DNA of 64,000 nucleotides, taken from assembly GCA_030704615.1 (NCBI GenBank), contig CM060732.1:8556001-8620000 (forward strand), read 5' to 3'. This document shows, in pieces, positions 38,100-47,773 of this stretch. A program made the position numbers and the translations under genes. The DNA comes from Takakia lepidozioides (taxonomy: Eukaryota > Plantae > Bryophyta). The notes below the pieces were generated by a model. It made no database searches, was not told the origin of the DNA, and worked only from the letters and a program-made list of their open reading frames with translations. Each line of letters begins with the position of its first letter. Positions within the stretch are counted from its first letter, which is position 1.

Positions 38100-39160
38100 A
38101 ACTTACGTAATGACGTTTATTTTGGCGTCGGCATCGTCCACAATGAAGGCATTGGGTCGCATTGCGAGGAGAGAGTCCCGCAAGGCTGCCATCAACGGCA
38201 CCAGGTCTGTTGTCTGCTCACGCGCGCATATGATGTACGCAACTGGTATACCGTTAAGCCATTCGTCGAAGACCATCAACGTGTACAATGGGAACTGTTC
38301 AAATGCAAAATGTTAGATGCTGCCAGTGTGCGTACATCCACTACTTCTGCAAGTGGATAAATTGTGAAATGGATGAAGAGTACCTTGTGGTGATTTGTCC
38401 CGAAGGTTGCATCGCATGCAACGATACGGGCATGGCCTAATTGAAGCATTCGCTTCTTCTGCCACTCAGTCTGTATGCCAATTGTGAATGTTAAGTCGCC
38501 ATCGTAGTGCTTGAATGTTGGTGCCAATTTTTCCTCTTGATAGAAGAAGACCGATTTCGGGTTCTGGTCTTTCCACATGCGGACACTCTCCGCATCGTTG
38601 GCATGTTTTTTGAGCGTTTGCCACGCCCGTTTCTCGGCCAGGTTGCGCACATCCTGCTCTAGCAAAAAACCGTCCCGTGTCCATGCATCCCCCAACCCGG
38701 TGTTGTTCATGACGTGCTCTTTATGTTCCATCATGATTTGGGCGACTGACAGGCCTCGGCACAGACACTCCATGATCCATGCTTTCAATTCCTTGCTAAT
38801 GTGTGGTGCGTAGGCGTGGCGAGTGTTCCAAAACTCAACGGACTTCCCATGACAGGGGTTCCATTTCGCGTCTGTATGCTCCATATTGTTGTAGTACGTT
38901 AGGACACAAATGTCGGGGGGAGATGGGGAGCATGAGATAGCATTGCTGGACCTTGAAACAACACTGGCAACCACGCTTGTAAGACTCTCCATATTCCAAC
39001 TTCTTTCTCCTTGGGCCTTTATGAGGGTGAGATGTTCCAGCACCCAGAAGAGGTCCTCCACGTTTCAGTTTCGGATCCTCCACTATCGCATTGTTGGTGC
39101 GCTTGTCATCAGGACCATAGCAGCATTGATACCTGGACATAAAAATCACAATGGATATCC
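38100..39160 (-). mobile_element. Second Mutator-like (MULE) transposase, 5' part
   Basis: N-terminal YQCCYGP..KRGCQCCF..H zinc-binding region, IGIQTEWQ..VACDATFGTNHHK, then after an intron PLYTLMVFDEWLNGIPVAYII..FIVDDAD (MULE domain). Confidence 0.82.
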
Positions 39161-41201
39161 ATCGACTTCTGGAAGCATGAAATCACAGAACGTGGGTACG
39201 AAAAAGGGCAACAGACATGCAATCAGACTACAAAAAGACGATGAGGATGGAGCACACATGATACTGTTCAGAGAACTGCTGGCTCTTGACTCTTTTAGCA
39301 TGCCGGGTTGCACTTTAGTATGGACATTCACCCAAACTGAGTGGGGTAGTCCACCAAACTCTCCTCTCCAAGAAGAAAGTCATCAACTCTATCCCACGGT
39401 ATGCAGGCCTTCAGAACATTCTGTCTGACACACAGTAAGTCCATCTGTGTGCTTGGGGTCCCATGCCAATCATTTTGCTGATTCATGCACTTTCAATAGA
39501 CTCAAATAATAATACTTCCATTCTTTGTGCAGGACTGATTATTCTATTGAGCGGGAACCCCCTTCCCTTTGTCTCAGGGGTGTCATGAAGCCGTTCTATG
39601 CTCAGCCGGATTTCTTCCCTAGCCCAGTAAAGAATTATGAGTTGCCATCCTACGCCGACAAGCTTGCAAGGACCTCTATCAGACGACACCCTAAGCCTAG
39701 TAAAGTGCAGCGTGTTTTGGCTGCATATAAGGATAGAAAAAAGAGGAAAAGATGTCTAGAAGGGCCAGAAGGCTTAGACCTTATGTGTTAGAATCAGCAT
39801 CGGAGAGTGATGGTGAGGATGATTCATCAGAGGTCCAGTGGAGGGTTCCTGATGGAGAGGACGGACATTTTGAACATAGCTCTGGCAGTGCTGGTGGTGA
39901 GCATGATGCAAATGCCACTAGCGATGTAGATTCTCCTATTGGGTCTTCACCCTCATCTTCAGGCAGTGCAGGTGCTGGTTCACACTACACGGCGGGTGTG
40001 GGTGCCGCAGAGTCTAGCATTCACGGTCTGCCTAGCAATTGTTGGGACTTGGAGTTTTCAATTGCAATTTCAATTTGATTGTGTTATGGAAATATGCTTC
40101 ACCTTCTTCCAGTTTAGGTTTTTCATCACGGACTCTGTATGCAGGCGCACTGCTCATAAGTTATAGGGGTTTGGAAGGTTAAAGGTTTGGAAGGTTTTTT
40201 GACATGTCACAACACAACCCCCATTTGCATTTCTGAATTGCTTGTACTATCAACAATACACCAAGATTTTCCTTAAAATAGCCACACCAACTTAATACCT
40301 CTGTCAATTCAACAATTCATCAGTCAATTCATCATCAATTCAACAGTCATGAAAGTGGAGAGCTAAGGTACAAAAACATTACAACTTAGGTGTATTTATC
40401 TACCCTAATTCCGTGGAAAGGACACCCTATTTCCGCGAATAAAGCTAAGTGTGTTACACTGTGAGCATGACGCTCATGCTCATGAAATAGCAACCCCCAG
40501 GGCCTCTCGCGTGTCATACTTGTTTGAAGCATGATGTATTTGCTGCAGATCATTTTGTTTGTCGGTAACAAGGACAAGCAGGCCTAGACCTGATGGACAG
40601 CTGGTGAAGCTCCATCGATTGGAGTGGATGTCTACAGATGATGGGAAGTAAATAATCCCTTCTCCCAAGTACCATTGAACTCATGTGGCTTGGGATTCTC
40701 ATGGATCAGCACTGCTTGAAAAAATTGAGACTTTGAACGTTTGTAATCCATATATCCTAGCACTTGGAATGAAAGTGACCTAGGCTGGATATGTTAGTTG
40801 AGTTCCTCAGTATGCCAAACTTTTTTCAGAGTATGAATGTTTTGAGTGGCCTTTTTCCTATAAATCAAAACAAGGATGCAGAGTCAGCCTTTTGATATTC
40901 AAGAAGCATGATACTTGAGCACTCCTACCTGGCTTAGACATGGAAATACAAGGCATTTCTCACTAAATTTATGTGAGAACAAGTCTGGTGGAGTACCTGG
41001 TCTGTTTTTTTAAGCTAAGCTATGACTTGACCTTTTTGGTAGTTGTATATACCCCCGACATGATCTGGTCACTACACTTTATCCATTTGTGGCTATATTG
41101 TATAACTGGTGTCTAAATCTTTAGGAGTCATGTGGTTGAACAAGCTGAACCACTGGCTACCTTGACTGGCACTGTGTAATCTTGGTGGTTTTGACAGCAT
41201 G

Positions 41202-41342
41202 TGTCGTGCGCATACATATCGCTACACAACTACATCGTTGTCCAAAACCACACAACATATGTGCACACCAAACACTAGTCTATCACTAGTCCACCACTAG
41301 TGCACCACTAGGCTGCCACTAGACAACCACTAGTCCATCACA
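41202..41342 (-). repeat. LTR copy (shorter) of the DNMT-bearing Gypsy family
   Basis: TGTCGTGCGCATACATATCGC...CTAGTCCATCACA, near-identical to 41663-41857 apart from fewer internal CCACTAG repeats; TG..CA termini. Confidence 0.85.
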
Positions 41343-41662
41343 ATGATAAGGAAATGAAATATACAAGCACACAAGCTCTCTCAAACTCACACACTTGCAA
41401 ATGAAAACATCACTCGTATATTAAGTCGAGCCAAGTGCACCCCACGACATGGGGAATCCACACTACGGCGCCATAGCTAGACGCGATGAGGCTCAACTCA
41501 AGAAAGATGAGCCCACCGCGATCTGCCGTGAAGATAACAACGCCAGGTGCCCAAACATGTATTGGTCCCTGGATTGACACTTGGGTCAATCCCAAATGTC
41601 AATATATAAAAGCTAGCTATTTCCTAGCTAACTTCACACTAGTGATAAAATAACTTGACAGC

Positions 41663-41857
41663 TGTCGTGCGCATACATATCGCTACACAACTACATCGCT
41701 GTCCAAAACCAACAAATATGTGCACACCAAACACTAGTCTATTACTAGTCCACCACTAGTGCACCACTAGGCTGCCACTAGCCACCACTAGTGCAGCCAC
41801 TAGTCCAACCACTAGGCTGCCACTAGCCACCACTAGTGTAGCCACTAGTCCATCACA
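41663..41857 (-). repeat. 3' LTR (~195 bp) of the DNMT-bearing Gypsy element; polypurine tract at 41858-41872
   Basis: On the minus strand AACTAGGGGGGCGAT (PPT) is immediately followed by TGTGATGGACTAG...CGCACGACA. Confidence 0.85.
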
Positions 41858-42117
41858 ATCGCCCCCCTAGTTGGCGCTTAGGTCCCTCTAAGTCCAGGTA
41901 GCCACAAGATGTGATAGTGGCCATAGCCTCACCAAGTCCTCCACCACTGTCCCTACTACACTCAAACTCAATAGATCAAGAGGCCGGGTACAAGAGTTGC
42001 CCCATCGTTAGTCGCCGTCTTGCAACCTGTGAACTTGAGCCTGAGATCTTGGGTATTGACTCCTATGAGCTTGGTCTCCCATGTCTTGTGAGCTGCCACT
42101 AGTCATATCCACTGCCA

Positions 42118-42300
42118 CTATCCCAAGCAGTGTGGACATAACCAATCTCCATCAGGAACCCTTTCAAGAGGTGGTGTCAAGCATCACATGTGCCAACCTC
42201 TTGAGCATCAATCACACACCAGCATAGTGGCAGCACCACGAGCATGCCCACATAGCATGCAACGCAATCCTGCAGGTACCACTGCAAGGTTGGGATCTAT
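42118..42300 (-). pseudogene. PHD finger at the integrase C-terminus
   Basis: Manual translation: IDPNLAVVPAGLRCMLCGHARGAATMLVCD*CSRGWHM*CLTPPLERVPDGDWLCPHCLG*. This is a C4-H-C3 PHD pattern with two internal TGA stops and a frameshift from the integrase ORF. Confidence 0.9.
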
Positions 42301-43450
42301 CCTCCATCCACATGTGGAAGGTGACATGACGCACAATTACGCACATGGTCCTTCCATACCATGCCATCTCGACCCTCCAGAATCAACATTCCTGAAGGCA
42401 ACACCTCCCTGACCCTTAAAATCACACGTCCTGCTGTGACATCTAAGGTCGTAGGCGCTGTCTGCTGCAAATACACATAGTCCCCAGGGTAGAAACGCCG
42501 AACACCTGGCCAATATCCCCCTCCACGTATAGTGGCATACCTCAATGTGTCTCGGTATTGGGCAATAGAAAGATTCTCAAAAGCCATAGGCATGACTCTC
42601 TTGAACAACTTTGCCCGCTGGGCACATGTTTGTGTCCACACATCCGGATCATCAAGGTTGAGGACAACTGCAGCCTCCCTGCGAATAGATGCAGACAAAT
42701 CCGGCTCTCGGCCAAAGAGAAGGAAATATGGTGAGAAGGAGGCAAGTGATGCTTGCTTGCTGAACCTGTAGCCCATGGCTAACCAAGGTACCTGAAGATC
42801 CCAATCTCCTAGGTGTCCCTTTTGCAAGCCATACTTGCGCAAACCCCTCTTCACTGTCTAAACAACTCTCTCTGCCAAGCCATCGGCCTCAGGATGATCC
42901 CGAGAAGTGGTACGGTGGTCTATCAAGGCTTTATCACACAAAGCCTGAAACTCCCCCAAGAACTCTCTACCTTGGTCTATGAGTACCTCAGCTAGAGCAC
43001 CGAATCGGCTAAGCACACGATCCAGGAATGCATACGCAACCCCCTCACTAGCCTTGTCAGGCAATGGAACCAACTCAATCCATTTGGAGAAGTGCTCCAC
43101 CATCACTAACACGTATCTGTGGTGACGCATCGTCAGTGGCAAAGGCTCTGCGAAGTCAAGACTCCACCTGTAGCCCAATCCCATGATTGGTAAAGGATGC
43201 AACTGTGGTGTAAGGGCGTTGAATGAAGCACGCACCCTGTCACACACCATGCACCTAGCCACGAACTGTTGCACCTCTGTGTGCATACCGCGCCACCAAT
43301 ACTGCCCCTGCAGTAAACTATGAGTGTGTCGCACTCCAAAATGCCCCAACTCCTCATGGGCATGCCGCACTAACCGTGCACGCTGTGTTGGGTGAGGCAC
43401 AATCCTCACCCGACCATCCTCCCACACTCGAAGCAGGTGTATCCCCTCCT
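42297..43450 (-). pseudogene. Gypsy integrase
   Basis: AHEELGHFG..YWWRGM..CMVC (HHCC zinc finger), WSLDF, VEHFSKWIE, IDQGREF, HPEADGLAER and SPYFLLFGR. Confidence 0.93.
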
Positions 43451-45130
43451 ACTTGAACCTCTTGGCTCGTTGTAGGATCCGATCCCTCTCCTTGGCAGTC
43501 ACACTAGCTGCCGTGTCTCTAGTGCGGAGGTAGTCAAACACAACCAAATCCTCATGTATATCTCTGGCACCACCTGACTCATCACTAGCCTCAGGGTCCT
43601 TAGACACTCTGTCTACAGTCATCCCTGTTGTAGGTCCAACATGACCTCTCGATGCCAAGATACACAAAAATGCAGATGCATGCCATCCTGGCACCATCTC
43701 CTCGTCCGTCTCACCATGCCACCGAGCTCCAGTGTCATCCTGCTGGCTTGTGCATGGATTGCGACTCAATCCATCCGCATCCCTATTGACCAAAACCGGT
43801 CGATGCACAACCTGAAAGTCATACTCCTTGAGTATAAGTGCCCACCATGCAAGCTTCCCCGTAAGCTTGTCTGACTCCATCAACCACTTGAGTGGCTGGT
43901 GATTCGTGACAAGGGTGAAGAGATTGCCGTATAGATAGCACCTGAAGTGTGCCACGGCCCACACTGCAGCTAAGCACTCCCCCTCATATGAGCTATACTT
44001 AGACTCTGCAGCGTTGTTCAAGCGGCTAGCATAAGCCACTACGAACTCTCTTCCCTCATCATCCACATGTGTGAGCACCGCTCCAAGCCCCAGCATGCTC
44101 CAATCTGTATGCACCTGAAAGGGACGCCCCTTGATAGGTCGTCTCAAGATCGGCGCCGAGGTCAACCTCGCCTTGAGCTCCTGAAAAGCTTGCTCTTGCT
44201 TATCTTCCCACTGCCACTCCTGGTCTACCTTGGTTAGCTTGGTTAGAGCCTTTGCAATAGCACTAAATCCCTTGACAAACCGTCTATAGTAGTTTGCCAA
44301 CCCCATGAAAGCTCGAACTCGGCTCACATCCGTGGGACGTGGAATCTGTGCGATGGCCTCTACCTTAGTCTGCTGCACCCCTAATCCTCCAGGATATATC
44401 ATGTGGCCCAGATACTCAATCTGGTTGTGGAAGAACTTGCACTTCCCCGGATGTAATTTCAATCCATGCGCTCTCAAGCGCTCAAACACCACCTGAAGGT
44501 GTCTCTCATGCTCCTCCACGGTAGCACTAAAGATGATGATGTCATCTATGTAGCAACGAGCAAAGTCCACCCCTGCTAGAATCCTGTCCATGACTCTCTG
44601 GAATTCTGCAGGAGCGTTCTTAAGCCCGAATGGTAAGAATCACCACTGATATAGGCAATCCTTCTCGTGCTCATTGATCCCCCAGAATGCCGTCTTCTGC
44701 TTGTCCGCCTCCTTGATCGGCAACTGATGATATCCGGACCGCAAGTCCAAAGTGCTAAAGACCTTGGCATGCCCAATGGCATCAAAGATCTCCTCCGGTG
44801 TGGGCATGGCATACTTATCGGACTTGGTCTGACGATTTACAGACCGGTAATCGTCTCTCCGTCCAATTGCCATAGACATCCTTCTTGACTGGCATCACCG
44901 TGGCTGAAGCATACTCTCCACCAGAGAGCTCCACCAAACCAGCCTCCCAGAGATCTTGAAATCTCATCTGAATCAAAGACCTCCCCATGTCATTGTATCT
45001 ATAGGGTCTCCGAAAGATTGGCGTGTCCGTGGCCAACTCAATACGAATCTCCTGACCCTTCAGTGCTCCCAAATCCTTCAAACTGAAGGCAAAGCAATTC
45101 CTGTAAGTCCTCAGGAACCGCCGTATACGT
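43449..45130 (-). pseudogene. Gypsy reverse transcriptase and RNase H
   Basis: PIFRRPYR, DYRSVN..DKYAMP, FSTLDLRSGYHQL, KTAFW, PFGLKNAPAEFQ, YIDDII, LHPGKC, FMGLANYYRRFV, VHTDWSMLGLGAVL, YEGECLA and NRDADGLSR. Confidence 0.95.
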
Positions 45131-45544
45131 CGTCTCTCTCCTCCAGGACAATGGGTCCAATGTCAGGCTCCCAATTGTCCTCCATAACTGCAACCTTACG
45201 TCCAGCAGACTTAGAGGTAGGAGACGCGTCCCGTGGTTGCTATGCCGCAACCTCATGAGCAGTATTCCCTGCCTGCTCAGTCAATGACAAAGCCTCATCC
45301 TGCCCCATCATCTCATCCTTGAGGACCTCCTCAACCCGAGAAGAATCCCCAACCTCATCCATTACAGCCGCCTTGGCTGCCAACTCCCTCTGAACCTCGA
45401 GCACCTCACACGTGTGCCATGGATGTCTACACCCCGTGGTCCTCACCGGCTCGCCCCCACTCACTGCCTGTACCATCTCGGTAGGCAGAGAGACCGTGAA
45501 GGGAAGTGCACTCCGCACTCTACGTTGCTCAGCCATAGCCAAGC

Positions 45545-46500
45545 TGATAATCCAGGTCAAGCAATTTAGATCCATTGCTTGCCCCAAACACTGACGACGT
45601 GATGTGCCTCAGAAAGAGAAGGCACCGCCGTGGTCCCGGTGGAAAAACCCATAACCCGCTCTCGCTCGTTGGCATTAGGCTCCACTAACTGCTGCAACTG
45701 AGCATCCCACAGGAGGCCAGGTCCACTATCCGGGAAAGCATGCGATCCTGGGAAGCTGAGCAGTGTAGGTAGTGCTGCTCGTGGTTGATCCACCTTGTTG
45801 ACCACTGCCAAAGGCGAACGGTCATCGTGTCTCACACGCTGAGACTGCCTCCCTATGTCTAAAATGCTATCCACTATGAGGTGTGCTAGCCGCTGCACCC
45901 CATCAAATGCATGCTTGAGCAGTGCGGGTGGCATTAAGTTAGTCCACCATAACCGTGGACGATGAGCCCGTGACCCCACTGCAGCTGCATCCAGCAACAC
46001 TGCTGACCCAAGCCATGACCGGACTTGATGCACACTGGCCATCACCCTGGCCCAAGAATCGCCCATCAGTGGCACAATTCTCCAAGATGTATGTTGGAGA
46101 TACAGCCTGATGAAGCTGTAAGTGGCGCAAAACCCGCACCATCTCTCAAAACAGACCCGACCTTGAGTCTCGCAATCCATTGCCAGTCCGGCGGATGAAC
46201 GCCCTTGGCAGGGCCAACCTGCCACTACCAAATCAATGAAGCCAACCCGCTCCAAATCCTGCGCCCCCAGCAAAGAGATGTCTGCTGGCAAGGCCTGCTC
46301 ATATCCACAAACTGCAGACACCGGCACAACTCAGGGTAATGCTGCACCAACTGAGCAACATGACGGAGTGAGACGCGTCGTGCGGTCTCATCCCTCTCCA
46401 CATACAAGTAACGCCGTACTCATACACCTGCCTGTAGAACAGCAGCCAACCCGGTGTTGATCCCGCCAAACAAGTCCAGAAGGCAAATGCCTTCATCCGG
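45545..46500 (-). pseudogene. DNMT3-like DNA (cytosine-5) methyltransferase domain within pol
   Basis: Motif I LLDLFGGINTG (~46451-46482), II YVERD (~46390-46405), IV DLVVAGWPCQG (~46202-46235), VI YILEN(V) (~46075-46091, 1-nt insertion), VIII DAAAVGSRAHRPRLWWTNL (~45937-45993), IX ERERVMGF (~45645-45668) and X LGQAMDL (~45565-45590). Confidence 0.9.
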
Positions 46501-46859
46501 ACACTGCCACACGATCGATATGGTGTCCAATGGTGACAACTGAGGTGGTCCTGGTGCAATCCCTGCATTGTCCTCCTCTCCTGGCGGTACAAAAGCCTCT
46601 ACCCAGGCTTGTTGCACACGACAATCAGCAACCCACTGCAAATCCTTGCTCGAAACCCACAATGGAGTGTGAGCAACCATGGCAGGCAACTCCGCCATAC
46701 CATACATATCATCTTGCTCTCCCGGAGTTGACACATCCTCTGAATGAGTATTGCCATCCAACAACTCTCCAGGCCAAGTCACTGCAGCTGTGAATGTTGC
46801 CAGTGTTGGCATCTTGCCTCGCTGGGCAACCGCAACTCCTCCTATGAACGTCACAGGGA

Positions 46860-47273
46860 GCTGCACACGCGGGCCCTCCCCTGACTGCCATTCAGGCCTA
46901 TAGGAAGCTGACTCCTCCCAAATCGTGAAAATGCGTATCTTACATGACTCTTAACCAGAGCCATAACACACAGCCTCTGATGTGAGGTGTGGCCTTTGGT
47001 ACGAAGTGATTGTTGAAGCCTTCAAGTAAAGCTGGAATGGAGAACCAGGGTGAAGCCCATGGGGTACAACACTGCCACACCAACAAGGACATCGTACGAG
47101 ACTGCGTCTGACACAATGGCCTTGGCTCTCATCACTGAGCCATCTATAGGATGATCCGGCTGTAGTCGGATAGCCAACTCACACCGGGTCATGCCCCGAG
47201 CCTGCTCTGATCCTCCCAGAGATGTCTGTATCTGGAAAGGGCACGGCTCCATATCCACCTCCGTGAGGCCCAA
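46860..47273 (-). pseudogene. C-terminal half of a retropepsin-type aspartic protease, with a ~120-bp insertion (~46922-47044)
   Basis: ..IQTSLGG...AIVSDAVSYDVLVGVAVLYPMGFTL, resuming ..WEESASYRPEWQ. The YDVLVG segment corresponds to the retropepsin D/ILG flap-closing motif; the catalytic DTG would fall in the gap. Confidence 0.6.
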
Positions 47274-47773
47274 NNNNNNNNNNNNNNNNNNNNNNNNNNN
47301 NNNNNNNNNNNNNNNNNNNNNNNNNNNNNNNNNNNNNNNNNNNNNNNNNNNNNNNNNNNNNNNNNNNNNNNNNNNNNNNNNNNNNNNNNNNNNNNNNNNN
47401 NNNNNNNNNNNNNNNNNNNNNNNNNNNNNNNNNNNNNNNNNNNNNNNNNNNNNNNNNNNNNNNNNNNNNNNNNNNNNNNNNNNNNNNNNNNNNNNNNNNN
47501 NNNNNNNNNNNNNNNNNNNNNNNNNNNNNNNNNNNNNNNNNNNNNNNNNNNNNNNNNNNNNNNNNNNNNNNNNNNNNNNNNNNNNNNNNNNNNNNNNNNN
47601 NNNNNNNNNNNNNNNNNNNNNNNNNNNNNNNNNNNNNNNNNNNNNNNNNNNNNNNNNNNNNNNNNNNNNNNNNNNNNNNNNNNNNNNNNNNNNNNNNNNN
47701 NNNNNNNNNNNNNNNNNNNNNNNNNNNNNNNNNNNNNNNNNNNNNNNNNNNNNNNNNNNNNNNNNNNNNNNNN
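47274..47773. other. Assembly gap (500 N)
   Basis: Run of N. Confidence 1.

Larger units (their letters stand above)
41663..47273 (-). mobile_element. Ty3/Gypsy LTR retrotransposon encoding protease - C5 DNA methyltransferase - RT - RNase H - integrase - PHD finger (decayed; 5' part lost in the assembly gap)
   Basis: All domains are collinear on the minus strand, upstream of a PPT and LTR; see the individual domain features. Confidence 0.92.

Noticed and set aside
40500-41190. Continuation of the LINE, or a decayed host gene
   Set aside because: The frames I read contain multiple stops and no recognisable motif.
45545-46500. Host DRM/CMT/MET1 gene or bacterial restriction-modification contamination
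   Set aside because: No introns and no UBA, BAH or chromo domains; the motif order is unpermuted (not DRM); it is collinear between protease and RT of a Gypsy pol within plant genomic context.
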